Shown one piece after another: positions 10,384 to 23,858 of a stretch of 63,250 bases of DNA. How positions within the stretch are numbered: position 1 is the first letter of the stretch; each line of letters begins with the position of its first letter. Origin of the DNA: Rhizaria sp. SCN 62-66 (Eukaryota); assembly GCA_001724265.1 (NCBI GenBank), contig MEDY01000024.1, positions 62,001 to 125,250 on the forward strand, in the 5' to 3' direction. A program made the position numbers and the translations under genes. Below the pieces are notes generated by a model that was not told the origin of the DNA, did no database searches, and was given only the letters and a program-made list of their open reading frames with translations.

Positions 10384-13300
10384 TTACCCGAACCCAGTTG
10401 ACTGCCCCCCGGCGCTGTGGTTGCCGAGCCGCGCCTCGCTTTCCTCATCCTGCATCACAAACTCTTCCAGACACTGCTCGAGCGCCCCGGCGGCGGCACA
10501 CAGCGCCTCTGCCTTGCGTGCCCACGCCAACACCTGCGCGGCCGTGGGGCGCTGCGTGAGGTCCACCGACAGCATGCTGGCCACGAGCTGCTCCAGCGGC
10601 TGCGAATACAGCCCGCCCTGTGGCGACGGCGGCAGCCCCGTGGGGCGGCGCAGCTCCGGCTGCTCCAGCGCCACGCTCGCGGGGACGACTTCATGCAGCG
10701 GCCGCAGCAGGCCCTGCGAGATGCGCCGCCCCAGCGAGTAGTAGTTGCTCTCACGGTCGTGGAACGGCGACTGCAGCGCCGCCAGCTCGTACAAAATGCA
10801 GCCCAGGGACCAGATGTCGCTCTCGAAGCCGTAGCCCGAGGAGGATATGGTCTCGGGGGACATGTAGAACGGCGTCCCGACCAGCGAGAAGGCCTGCGCA
10901 GTGCGCGAGCTGAGATACCGCCCGACGCCGAGGTCGCCGAGCATCACGTCCGTGCGCGCCGCGCCCAGGAACACGTTGGCGGGCTTCAAGTCGCGGTGCA
11001 TCACGCGGCGCTCGTGCATGATGCACAGCGCGGCCGCGATTTGCGCGAAGAGATGCCATACGACGCACTCGTGCAGGTGGCGCTTCGACGCGCGTGCGCG
11101 GTCCACAACTCCGCACAGATCGCCGGCCTCTGCGAGCTCCATGATGATGAACAGCTGCGACTGGGCCAGCACAGCGCCGAGAAAGCGCACGATGTTGGGG
11201 TGCTCAGGCAACGAGTGCAGCAGCCGCGACTCGTTTTGGCACGCGCGGCGGGCCTCAGCGTCCATCTCGAAGATCTGCACGCGCTTAATCGCCACGAGCT
11301 TGCCCGTCGCCACCTCGCGCGCCTTGTGCACCGTGGAGAACTTGCCGCGCGCCAGCACGCAGATGTCTTCGTACGCGCCTGCCGTGGCGCCGCTGCTCTT
11401 GGACAGCAGACGCTCGATCGAGATGTCGCTGTCATCCCAGCCGCCAAGCCCGGAGAGCGACGACAGCCCGTTGCCGCCCGCGCCGTCGTTGTTGGCGTTG
11501 GCGCTGTTGCTGTAATACTCGTCGTCGGTGGTGGGGGCGATTGCGTTGTTGTTGTCAGGCAGCAGAGTCGAGACGTCGAAAGCGCCAATGTTGTCGTTGC
11601 TGCTGGCGTTACCGTCGTGGCCATCGTGTACAGGCGTGATGTTGTTGTTGTTGTTCGAGTGCAGGATGAGCGTGGATTCGTCGAGAATGCCGCTCTCGCC
11701 CCAGTGCTCGCAGTCATCAGCACCTCCAGGGGCGTTACCAGTCGAGTGGTTGCCACTCTTGGCTTCGCTGGACGCGTTGGTGAAGCTGTACGGCATCGGC
11801 AGCGGCACGGGCACAGGCAGTGTCGACGACGATGAGCCGGTGAAAGCAGCGGGCGCGTCGCCGTGGTGCATCGTGATGCCTAACATGGACGCCGCGACGC
11901 TGCTGCTAGCATTGCCGGTGCCGGCGCTGGCATTCGTGGCGTTGTGGTGGCTGGTGGGGCGCGTTGAAGACGCGGAGCCGAAGCGGGAGCGACGCCCAAC
12001 AGGAGCTTGCTCCAGGTCTAAACAAATGTGTACAAACAGAGAATATATGGGACAAGATGTTAGCGGACAGACATGAAATGACAGAATCATAATATAACAA
12101 CACTAATCAATCAAAAAATATTTAAAACAATGTCGATATGAATAGTCTTGCTTGAATATTGCTTCTTTACGTGACTGTATGCGTACCTGGGTTGTGGCCG
12201 CCCTCAGCCGAGACCTGTGCAAGCGCTGCCGTGGCCGAAAACGTCGCCGCGCCGCTGCTCGCGCTGTTGCTCGGGCGCGGCTGCGGCGAGCTGAAGCTGC
12301 CGCGGCCGCCCGCGGAGCCCGCCCGCGCGCCCGCGAGCATTTGCTGCGAGGCGAGCGACGAGCCCGTGAGCGTGCTGCTGTCCCGCATTGAGCTCGCACC
12401 GCCAGCGGTGAGCGGAGGGAGCAGCGCAGGGCTCATGGTGCTACCACCAGCAGCACCAGCAGCGCCAGCGGCAGCCGCGGCGCTGTCGTAGCCGGATCCG
12501 CTGGTGCTGAAGTTGCTCGTGGTGGACGCAGAGTGCGCGCGACTGCGAGTGCCGAGCCCCCCCGCGCCGCCGCCACTAAGGTGCAGGCCAGAGTGCACGG
12601 CGGAGACTGTGGGCGGCGGCGACGGCCCGCTGTTGCCCGCCCCTGCTCCGCTGACTCCAGAATGCACTCCAGAAGCAGACGCGAGCACGGGGGGAAACGA
12701 CAGCGGCACCGCGGCGCCACATCCAGTGCCAGGGCCAGTGGCAAACCCGAGCGACATCTGCAGGCCGCCGGCGGCGTGGGCGTTGCTGTGGCTGCGTGAG
12801 TGGCTCAGACCGTGCGCGCTAGTGTTGCGCGACGACAGCGGCGAGAGCGGGGAATGGAACGGCGACGGTGGCGGCCTATTGTTGCTGTACTCAAACGCAG
12901 CACCAGAACCCCCATGCGTACCGGCAGTGGTCAGACTGATAGTACCGATGGTGGGATTCACGTTACTCGTACTGCCGTGGCTTGAGCCAGAGCCCGTAGA
13001 CGACATGCGGCTCACGGTGGGCAACGTCGTCCCACCAGCCGCAATTGCAGTGCCAGAGCCAGAGCCAGCGCCAGAGCCAAAGCCTGAGGCAGAACCAGAG
13101 CCGGGGCCCGAGGGGCCGGCCGAGAACGACTGCCGCTGCCCAATGGTGAAGCTGCCCCTCCCAGTCCCCGTCGCCGCAGCATTGCTGCTGTTGCTGTTGT
13201 TGTTATTGATATTGTAGAGCGCCTGCGCGTGTGCCAGCGCCGCCGCCGCAGCGCCGCCGCTGCCGACCGTCGCGCTCGCACTCGCAGCGCTCCCGCCGCC

Positions 13301-15531
13301 GCCGACGCCGGCGCTGAGGCTGGCGCTGGCCGTGCTGCCGCCGCCCCCGCCGCCCTCGCCGCGCGTCTTGGCCCGCGCCTCCTGCCGCCGCCGCTTGAGC
13401 CGCGCGTGCTGCAGCTCTCCCAGCGCCTTCTTGGCTAGCGCCGCGACCGCAGCGGCCGAGGGGCGCGCGCGCGGGTCGCGGGCCAGCAGCGACGCGACGA
13501 CGGCCGACAGCGCGGCGGAGTACAGCGCGGGCGGCAACGGGTGCAGCGGCGCTGAGGCGGCGACGGCGACGGCGACGGCGACGGGCGAGGCCGGGGGCGG
13601 CGGCGCGGACAGGGGAGGCGTCGCGCTGCTGTTGTTGGCATTGACAGAGCCCGTCGCCGCCGCTGCGCTCAAGCTCACGCTCGCGGACGACGACGCGTCG
13701 GTGTGTGCAGTGTGTGCAGTGTGTGCAATGGTGAGAGAGCCCGGTGTGGCGTTCGGCGGGAGGACCTGGGGGCCGAAGACGGTGAACACACTGCCGGTGC
13801 TCACAGTCGCCACAGAGCCGTTACTCATGTTCATCGTCACTGCGCCGCTGCCGTTGGCTCCGCTGGGTGTGGTGTTGTTATTGCACACTGTGACGCCGGT
13901 GTGCACACAGTTGGGATCGCCCGCGGCCGCCGCTGCTGCGGCAGAGAGCAGCGCGGCCTCGGCCTCAGCGGGCGCCAGCGCGGCCAGTGCAGTCGACGCT
14001 GCGAGCGTCGGGGGCAGGAAGGGAGGCGACTGGGCGCACATCTCGTACACAATGCAGCCCAGAGAGAACATGTCCGCCGCGCTGGGAGAACCGCTGGAAT
14101 TCGTGACTGAAGCCTCCGCGGCCGCGCTGTTGTTGCTGCTGCTGCTGCTGTTGCTGATCTGGCTCTGCTGGGCGTCGGTCATAACAGACTGTGGCACTGA
14201 CGCTGCTGCTGTTGCCGCTGTTGCTGTTGCAGCGGATGTGGATAAGAGCTCAGGTGCCGTGTAGCACAGCATGTCAGGGGAGCCAATGACAACGCCAAAA
14301 CCGCTGATGTTGCTGGTGTCGCCGCCTGGCGCGTTGACAGAGGCGATATTATCGGGAATGCACACCATTTGCGTGATGCAACCACCGTCACCAGCAGCAG
14401 TACTATCTGACGCGATTAGGCTGTTGTCCGTGCTAGAGGAGGTCGAGATATAAGTACCTCCTGTCACGCGTTCAAGTGCACTTAGACTCACGCCAAGCGC
14501 CTTAGCCTGGCACAACTCCACCTCAGCCTCCGTCGCCGCCTGCGCCGCCGTGGCCGCCGCGGCGCCAGACCCCGAATTAACGTTGTGCGTATGGATATAC
14601 TGACATTGTTCTGCGGTCAGAGCAGCGACGCGTGGGCTGTTCACCGGCGTGCAGATGCCGTACGCGTCAACACCCAGCCGCGCGCCGACGCTGCCGACCT
14701 TGACCTCGCCTTTGGGCGACAGCAGCACACTCGCAGGACTGAGGCCGAGGCCAGCGACACCGGCGGCGTGCGCTGCGCCGACACCGAGCGAGATGAAGTA
14801 GAGGAACTTCCACACGTCCTCTTCGCCAAAGGCCTTTTTGCGGGCGCGCATGGAGGCCAGCACGGCGTCCATGCAGTCCGTCGACGGCTCCGTCACCGCG
14901 TGCAAGCGGCCGCCCTCGACGAACACGTCGTGAGTCGCGGTCAGATTGGCGTGTGAGAGCCGGGACAGCGTCGCGAGGGGCGCAGCGACGGCGGGATGCA
15001 ACCAAGTCGGCAGAGAGGAGAGATCGGTGGAGCGGACCAGCACGTCGGTGCCGGGGGGCAGGACGGGGCAGGAGGCGAGTGACACGGCCTTGTGCACCAC
15101 GCCGAACGCACCTGAGTTAAGAATGACAGCATCATAAAATGTGAGCGTATACAACAAATATAGATATTATGGAAAAGATAGCATGAAATATATAATTAAA
15201 GTAACAGACTCAGTGTAGTACTGAAGATTTGTTATTAAAGAAAGTGATATATGTCGTCATATTCGCAGTCTTAATAAGACGTACCAGTGGCGACCTTGGC
15301 GGAGGCGGCGTAGTGGCCGAGGCGGGAAGGCTCATGGGGGCCGACAGTGGGGAACGGGAAAGCCGAGGCCGCGGCAGAAGCGGTACCAGCGGCGTGCGGG
15401 TACTGTGGGTAGCTCTGAGCGCCTGGAGCCGCATCGGCCGTGTTGCCAGAGAACTGTTGCTGCTGCGGCTGCTGCGGCTGCTGCTGTTGTGGGTGGTTGT
15501 GAGACATTGTGACAGCAGAAGAGGGATTCAC
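10384..15531 (-). CDS. Tandem pseudokinase + NEK6/7-like Ser/Thr kinase, about 1601 aa, 3 exons
   Basis: Exons 15285-15531, 12187-15111 and 10384-12017 are phase-compatible. The C-terminal kinase has RGKFSTVHKA, VAIKRVQIF, HRDLKPANVF, GDLG and SLVGTPFYMSPE, typical of NEK6/7. The N-terminal domain has the kinase layout but degenerate catalytic motifs. Stop TAA. Confidence 0.88.
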
Positions 15532-16331
15532 GGCAACTCTGACGAGCGGCTGTGGCGACGTGTGCTACTGTAGCGCGGGGCTGCAGTCTGAGTTGCGGTG
15601 CTAGCGCGAGTCAGCAAGAGCGGGGGAGAGCGCGAAAGCGAGGGGCGAGCCCCAGCAGCAAGGGCAGAGGGAGAGAGGAAGATCGAAGGAGAACTATGCA
15701 GAGAGCGGAAACGCAGTGCTGTAGGGTTCTGTCGGTCTGTATATTCAGAAAACAGCAAGTGCAGTTCCGTGGTAGTAGAAAAACAGTGAAAGAAGGATTG
15801 AGAGCGAGTCTAGCTGGACGGATAGGACAAGGACGAGGCCCGTTCATGCAGCCTTGTTAGTCGACGGAAAACCAAAGATATTACAATCAATATAGGCGCC
15901 TGAAGATAATAGAAATTGTTATTACTGCTGAAATAACACGTTCAGTTCGGCAAAATTCGTCATATGCAAATAAAACGCTCGGAAGTAGTCGAACTCGGTG
16001 CTCAAAAATCGCAGCCTGTTCGAACTCTTCACAACCAAAACTCGGCGGCGGGCCTCCTTGGTGCCCGCTGCCTCAGGAAAAAACAAAATGATGCAAAACT
16101 CGGCTGTAATGTTCTCCTTTCACGTTGAAAACACGATATGTTGTATGTAGTTTCGCTCTCTAAACAAATGTATCTTTATTATTACTACAAGTGCACATAA
16201 TCAAACAAAACAGTTTTACATTTTCACCACTACCACAAAACAAATCTTTGTAACTTTCTCTTAAATCAAATCAAAAGGGCTTAAGCAACCACAGACACCG
16301 CGCATACGGCATCCGGCATTCCCACGCCGTC

Positions 16332-19300
16332 TTACGCGATGCGCATGGCAACCATGGCGGCCCCGTAGGTGACGAGCACCTCTCCCTGCACCGGGCAGTT
16401 TGCCGTCGGCATCGCGCGCGCGGTGGTCAGTGGCAGCTCTCCTTCCCACTCCTTCCCCCCACCGGCGCCGGCGGCGGCGGCGGCGGCGACCGCGGCAGAG
16501 GGAAGAGTAAGCGCGGTGAGCGGGACGTGGACAGCGCCGACTTCGACAAGCCCGGGTGCCGAGAGCGGGCCCGTCGACAGCGGTCCGGACCCGTCGCCGC
16601 CGCCGAGTGTGGGGAGGTACAGAGTGAAGACGACGACGTCGCCCTCGCGGAGCCCGTTGCTGTCGCCGGCTAAGGGAGCCACGTCTAAGGGAGAGTCGAT
16701 AACGGCCACGTAGCGGCGGCTGTCCAGCGCAGAGCCGCCATCCGCGGCGTTGTTGTGGCCCATGAACTCGAGGTACGGCACTGTAAGTACCCCCTTAGCC
16801 AGCCCCAGCCGCGGGCAGCTCGCGTGGATCACCAGCTTATCGCTCGCGCCCTTGACCCACCTCTCCGTCCCAGCGAGTCCACCGCTGCCGCCGCCGCCGC
16901 CCGCGCCGCCCGCGTCGTCTTCGCTGTAGCCGCCGCCGCCGCCGTAGCGGCTCGCCGAAGTGACGGCGGCGTGGATCTGCTGCAGAGTGGCCTGCATGGG
17001 CGCATGGAGGGCGCGCACGGTCAGGTCAACGCGCAGACGCAGGCGCGCGCCGAGGAGGCTCACGGGGAGACGGGCCAGGGACAGGCGCATCAGGGCGAGC
17101 GGGCTCAGGTTCATCGCTGCCGCAGCCGCAGCCGCAGCCGCTGACTGCGCGGTAGCAGCGGAAGCGTACTGCGGTTGCTGCTGCTGCTGCTGCCGCTGCT
17201 GTTGAACAAGCTGGTTCTGGTTCTGGTTCTGGGTCGGGCCTTGGTTGGGGTTGACGAGAGAGACACCGCGGGTGCTTGCAGCAATGTTATTACTCGCATT
17301 GCTTTGCTGCGGAATGTAGTTATTGCTGAAGTTGATGCTGCCCGCTGTGGTCTTATTGAGTGGGTAGATCGGGTACAGCAGCCGCATATCCACGGCAATC
17401 TGTCCGGCCTCTTGCCCAGTCTCGGCTGACACCAGCGGCACGGTCAGCGACACGCGCTGGGCCTTGCGGGCCGCCAACAGCACCGCAGCGGGCGTGCCGA
17501 CGACGGTCGACGCGTCGGTCGGCAGCGGCGATAGCAGCGCGCGCAGCGGGACGACGGCCGAGGCGAGCGGGAGCGAGAGGACGCCGCCCGTGTGCCGGTG
17601 CAGCGCGATCGACACTGCGGTGGACGCGAGCAGCACCGGCAGCGAGGTGTCGTCGTCGAACCGGTACTGCGTGGTCAAATGATACTGCGGGCGCAGACCG
17701 CCCGCGGGGGCCGAGGGAGTGGGGTCGAAGTCGGCGAAACTGACCGTGGCCACCGTCAGGATCTGCTCCGGGGAGTGCGGCAGGGACGCCAAGGAGGGCA
17801 GCGCGCCCGCGAGCAACTTGAAATAGAAATGAAAGCGAAAGCAAAAGCAAAAAGTGAAGAATCAAGTTAGTATTCAATGTTAAGAGCAAATTGTAGAATT
17901 GATGATTTCAGATTGAAAAATAGTGTGATGTTATTATTGTTTTAGAGCGTACCTGAGCGCTGGTGATGCGGAACGCGAGCATATTCGAGACGGCCTGCAG
18001 CGCCAGAGCGCCCTCCCCGAGCGTCCCCTGCTGCTGCTGCAGCTGCTGGAGCTGCGGCAGCGGCATGGGCACAGGCCCCGAGAGGAGCTGCGCGGCGTCG
18101 TCGCAGTCGTTGAAGTCGAAAATACTGTCAAGATCGTCGTTATTGTTGTTGTTGATGATGGCGTTATCGTGATCGGTTGTGACGACGGCGTTAACGCTCG
18201 GGGCGGAGACGGGAGGATACTGCTGCTGCTGTTGCGTCTGCGGCTGCTGCTGAAGCTGCGGCTGCTGCTGCAAGTAAGGAGGCGAAAGCAGCGCGACACC
18301 GCGACTGGCTCCATCAAAGCCGCCACTACTCGGCTGGGCATGGTTACTCACCATATTGTTATTGTTGTTATTGTTGCTGTTGTTAGAAATAGACATTGCA
18401 GCGAGCCGTGCCTCGAGGGACAGCGCCTTGTTCTCCGCCGTAGCTGCAGCGGCTTCGGCAGTCCGCTTGAGCCCGCGCTCAGTGTCCAAGTCGGTCAGAG
18501 CAGCGCGGAGACGGGCCTCGAGGGCCGCCAGCTGGCGGCGGAGCACCGGGGCGGAGTCTGAGTGAAAAACACAAAATCGAGAAATAGAGCACAAACATAG
18601 ACACTTAGAGAAAAAAAAAAAGAGAAAAAATAGATATCTAGTTACTCTAAGTTGATATATCGTTGAATTTTCACGATGTGTACTATATAGCGAGATTTCG
18701 TACCTTCTTGCGTCGGAGCCTCCAGCCCGATCCCCCGAGTCATCCCCTCCCCCGCGCCAGCACCGCCCGCCTTGCGCTGCGCATCCTGCCGTTTGACCAC
18801 ATCCAGCGCCTCCCGCAGCCGGTCAAAGTCGATCCCGGAGTCGTTGGCGAGCTGCCCCAGCTGCGCTGTCGCCAACGCAAGCTGCTTACTCGCCTCCGCC
18901 AACTGCGACTTAGCTTCATCGCGCTCCTTCGCGGCGATCCCAAGCTCGCGAGTGCGCACTTCGAGCTGCCGCGCGCGCTCCGCCGCAGCTTCCCGCGCGC
19001 GCCCGGCATCACCCTTGGCCTCCGCAGCCTCAGCGCGCACCGCAGCCTCCTTGGCAGCGCTGTCAGCGAGAAGCTGCTTCACGCGGGCCTGTTCCATCGC
19101 GTCCCCGGCGAACAGATTGCTCGTCAACAGACGCACGCGGTCCTCCAAAGCCATTTTTTCGGTCCTGAGCTCCTCCAGCACGGCCTTATAGTGCGCGACA
19201 TGCTCGGACTCGAGCTCAAGCGTGGAGATCTGCCGCTGCAGCTCGACTGTCTTCCGGCGCGACTCTGCAAGCAGGCGTTTGTACTCTTCGCACTGGCGCA

Positions 19301-20588
19301 GCGCGTGGGCCTGGACCTCCTTCTCCGCGCGCGCGGCGGCAATGAGCTGGTCAAACTGCGCCTGCAGGATCGACACGGCGGCGCGTTTCTCCTTCAAGTC
19401 GCGCCGCAACATCGCGAGCTCCTCAGAAACGTCCGCACTGCCGAAGCCACTGGCACTGAGGCCGGCTAAGGGGTACGTGGATGCGGAAGACGACGCGCCG
19501 CTCGACGCAAGCAGTGCCGCGAGGTTGTTGTACGAGCTATCAGCGGGGGGCGCAAAGCTCGCCGGAGTGATATTCGCGCTAGCGTTGGCGTTGGCGGGAT
19601 TACTAAAAGGATTACTCAGCGAGACGCCGCGAGAGCTCGAATACGCCGGGACAGATGCAGCGTCCGCCGCATCCGCAGCAGGCCTGTTCACGTCGGTCTG
19701 TGCGGCGATATTGCCGTTGGAGAGTGCGAGGCGCGCGCGGAGAGTGGTCGAGAGGTCGTCTAGCGCGCGGCGCTCCCCGGGCAACAGGACTGACCGGGCG
19801 GAGTCGGGGAACAGCGACAGCGACGGGGGGAAACCAGAAGTGAAGCCACCACCGCCACTAGAGGCGGGGGCAGGGCTGCCGGCGCTGCCAGCCGTGCTCG
19901 TGCTGATGTTGTTGTAATTGTTGGAGTTGGTGACAGTGGGCTGGGGCAAGTCGAAGAGGGAAACACCGCGTGTGCTGCTAGTTCGGCTCACATCAGCCCC
20001 GTTGTCATAGCTCGCGTTGTTGTTGTTGTTGTTGTTGTTGTTGCTGCTATAGCTAGTCGACGTCGCAGTTGATGGACGAGGCAGCGGAGCTGAGAACACT
20101 GAACCCTGCTGTTGCTGCAGAGAACTAGAGCTGTTAGTTGCACTAGTACCAGCGCCAGCGCCAGCGCCGCCGTAGCCTGAGCTTGCGCGCGCTTGCTGCT
20201 TGGGCATGTAGTGCGACGACAGCGGACGCGGCGCCGCGGCGGCCGTGACGCTCGAGTTGGGCGCCTTGACGCGCGCATTGCGAGCTTTGCTGTTGTGCTC
20301 AGTCTCGAGAGCGCGCATGCGCTCCTTCTGCCGCTGCTGGCGCTCCTGCAAGGCCGTGTTCTGCGCGCGCAGCGCCGCCAGCTCTTCCTCGAGCTCGCGG
20401 TCACGGGCCAGTGGCGCGGCTGAGGCTGAGTTGCCGCGCTTCGAGCGCTCCTCGAGCGATTTGGCGAGGACCTGCGCCTTCTTTGTCTCGAGCTCGCGCT
20501 GTTGCACGAGGCGGGACATGTCGGCGAGCTTTTGCTGCGCGCGACGGTACTCCTCCTGGTAGTCAATCTCGCCGGGGGTAAGGGGCAT
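16332..20588 (-). CDS. RPGRIP1L/MKS5 (fantom)-like ciliary transition-zone protein: coiled coils + C2 domains, about 1324 aa, 3 exons
   Basis: Exons 18704-20588, 17953-18557 and 16332-17816 (last acceptor AAG). Long N-terminal coiled coils. TVSFADFDPTPS...GLRPQYHLTTQY...GQIAVDMRLLYPI resembles the first RPGRIP1-type C2 domain, and a further C2-like segment lies at the C-terminus. Stop TAA. Confidence 0.78.
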
Positions 20589-21137
20589 CGCAACGGAGGT
20601 AGAGGGGAGGCGACAGCAGCGGGGTGCGGTCGGGCTCGGGGAAGGGCTGGCTTTGGTGGGGTGAAGGGAGAAACGTGCCTCGAGGCTGGCTTGCTGCTTG
20701 AGGGAAAAGAAAGAGAATATGCAAAGGTGAATTAAAAATATAAAGAGTTTGTTGTGATTTAAATCTGGGGAGAAGCGGGCATATACACTGTCGGTCCCAT
20801 GATGGCGTGAGATACAATGAAAATTCAAAGAACATCACCTATCTCTCGGCCTCCAACGGCTCTCCACAGCAAACCATCTGTCTCAACACAAGATCAACCA
20901 CAAGACCATGCAATGATCTACAGAAGAGATAAATTTAGTGTATTTGTTATTTATGCGTTGTTTAATATAATATATCAAAGACCTGTCTCGTTTAACGATC
21001 GGAATATCGTGTAAGGCCTGTTTTACAATTATTCCTGCGCTGCGCGCTCACGTCTGCCCATTCCCGCACTTCCCCTGCTTCGCCAGGCCAGCAGTCTTGC
21101 TTTCTGTGCCACAAGCTCCCCGTGAGACTTAGCGCCG

Positions 21138-21236
21138 ATGGAGACGGAAGACCTGCGCACCCGCGCAGAGGTTCTCTCAACTCTCCACTCAATGCTACAG
21201 CCCACAGCTCCAAGCACAAGCACCGGTGCAACAGCA

Positions 21237-21269
<33 letters not shown>

Positions 21270-23858
21270 CAAATGAGCTCTGCTTCTGCCTCAGTCGCCG
21301 CTGCAGTTGCCAACAGCGACACCAGCGTTACGGACCCTGAGCAGCGCCGCTGCTTCGACTGCGGTGAAGTTAAACTGCGGCTTACCGCCGAGTTTTTCTC
21401 GTCATCGCAGCAGCGCAAGAAGCAGGGGCAGCGCCGGTGCGTGCAATGCGTCGCGGCGCGCCCGGTGTGCCATAACAACACCCCGCAGCCTGCTGCCTCT
21501 GCTGTCTCCAACACTCCAGCGCGCCAGAGCAGCAAAGCACCGCTCGCTCGCGCAACGGCAGCATCTTCGAACGTTACTAACAGTAATCCTGTTACTAGTA
21601 ACAGTCACCCCAACACAAGCAACGATGCCGACGCCAACGCAACTGGTGATACTGCGGGTACAAGCGCGGGTGATGCAGCCGTGAGTGAAAGCGCAAACGG
21701 TGTGACTGCACTAGGCCGCGCAGAGCTGCGCCGCGCTGAGCACAGTCGCCTTATCGAGGCAGTGCTGTTATACGCGTTCCCAGCGCTCACGGTCACCAAT
21801 CGCAGTGACCGTGGCCACAATGTGCGCACAGTCAGTGCCTCTGACGGCGGCGAGTGGTGCCCGTGGCTGCATACAGCTCTGGGGCAGGGCGCTGAGGTAC
21901 GTGACGCGATTGAGACTGTCCGGAAACGGGTTGAATTCGCGCAAAATCACACAGATAGCAACGACACTGCTGCTGTTGCTGCTGTTGCTGATGTAGCTGA
22001 CGCTCCGTTAAAGAGTGGCGAGAACTCGCTTGCGTGTCAGCTAGGTTTGTATCACACAAACGACGCTGCTTATCCTTTAGATGAACTCCCGCAACAGCCA
22101 CAGCCGCAATCGCATTCACACGCGTTGCTGCTGCCCGCGCCCGCGGAGAAGCTTCCGTTCCCGCTGTGGACTGACCCGGTCCGGTCCGGCGGCCTGCGGC
22201 CGGCGAAGGCCGTCAGGAAGCAACAGCAACAGGAGTCACTTTCCAGTCTTCTCTCCACAGTCACCCAGAACGTACTCCGCAGTGCCTGCCACACACAGCA
22301 AGCACCTTCACAGTCCGCAGATGCGCACCCAGCTCAGCGCTCTCCTCTACAATCAGCTGATAGTTTGACCACTGCAGCCCAGCACGCGAGACCGATGCAC
22401 GTTGTCGACTGCGGTTGCGCTACGGGCAATGCCGCGCTCGCACTCGCGCTGCACCACGTGCGGCTTAACTTCTCGCTCTTTGACGCGCACGCGCGCAGTG
22501 CGCAGATGTGCGCGGCGCGGCTGTGGGCGCACGAGCACTTGCAGGGGTACTTAAACGGATCTAAGGGTGGCCATGTCGATTGCGACAGTGTCGATACAGC
22601 TCGCGAAGCACTGAGCACATTCACGATGCCGTCACCCTCAAATGCGAGTGCGGATACGAACAAAAACAGCTGCGGTAACACTGCCAACGCGTGTGATACT
22701 GCCAGCAAAAGTAACATCGCTGCTCTCGGTTGTGGCGGCCGAGTGCGTGTGCATTGGGGCTCACTTCCCACTGAACGCATCGCAATCGCCACTGCTGCTA
22801 TTGCAACTGCTACTGACTCCTCTTCTGCTTCCACAGTCACTAGTAGTAATGAGCACACAAACAATAGTGCCGCCATGAGGGCTGTGGAGCCGATTGATGT
22901 CGTGATTGCAACGCACAGCTGCGGCGTTGCGACGGACTATGCGCTTTCTGTCGCTATCAGGGCGCGCGCGGCTGTTATACTGACGCCCTGTTGCAGCGGT
23001 AAGATGGCCACACAGCAACAAAAAGTCAACATCAACAACACTGACGCGAGCACAAACAGCAGTGAGAACAAAAACGACTGCAATGTTGCAAAAACCGCTG
23101 TGAACACGTCTGACAATGATGATTCGAACAAGAGCAGTGACTTTGGTTGCAACAGCGACTGTGTTGATGCTCACAGTCACTTCGGTTCCTCGTGGCTGAC
23201 TGACGGTGGCGCTGCCGCAGCTGTAGCGACCGTGGGCAGCGTGGGTTACCCGCGGTCACGCGCACTCGCGGCCGCACTGGCGCGCGCCTGTGACGTCCTT
23301 AAGAGCAACGACAACAACACTAGTGGCCAACAGCTTGCTGAAGATAGGGCTCGTGATGATACGACTGCACCCGTTGACGACAACGCTCACTGTGAGCAGG
23401 TCACGAAGCGCCCTCGTCTTCCTCACAACACGAATCCTTACCGCAGCAAGGGCGGCACAACCTCAGCGGCGACTGTGAGCTCTCTGTATGCCGTATTGGC
23501 GCGCTCGGCAGAAGCAACCGCTGTCGCGGCCAGTGCTGTTCCTGCCGCTTCCAGTGTTGCTCCTGCCGTTTCCAGCGCAAACGCAAACACAGTCAACGCC
23601 GCGGTCAACGCCACGCTCAACGCCACCACTGGCAGCTCTCGCAGTAGTAGCACCGGTCCGCAGCCACAGCCGCAGTCAGCGTCGTCTGCAGCGGCGTTCC
23701 ACGCGTTGAGTAAAACAGTGCTTGAGCTCGACCGAGTGGCGTGGGCGCGCGAAAACGGGTTTGCGGTGGTTTTGGCAAAGATGACACCGCTGGGAGCCAG
23801 TCGGAAGAATGATGTCATCATCGCCATCCCTCAAGAGCGATTAAACTTAAACAACTAA
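21138..23858 (+). CDS. GSTCD-like class I SAM-dependent methyltransferase with an N-terminal C4 zinc finger
   Basis: 906-aa ORF. AVRKQQQ, VVDCGCATGN, HSCGVATD, TPCCSG, YPRS, ELDR...AREN and RKNDVIIAIP follow the motif order of the GSTCD methyltransferase domain. N-terminal CFDC...FSSSQQRK...CVQC. Stop TAA. Confidence 0.82.

Noticed and set aside
10417-11835. 472-aa plus-strand ORF and similar long antisense or alternate-frame ORFs (28444-29601, 47291-48163, 49760-50683, 61880-63190)
   Set aside because: Shadows of real genes caused by GC-rich codon bias; no recognisable motifs.
20016-21269. (GTT)n and (GCA)n tracts
   Set aside because: They encode ordinary poly-Asn and poly-Ala runs, which are common in this organism's proteins.
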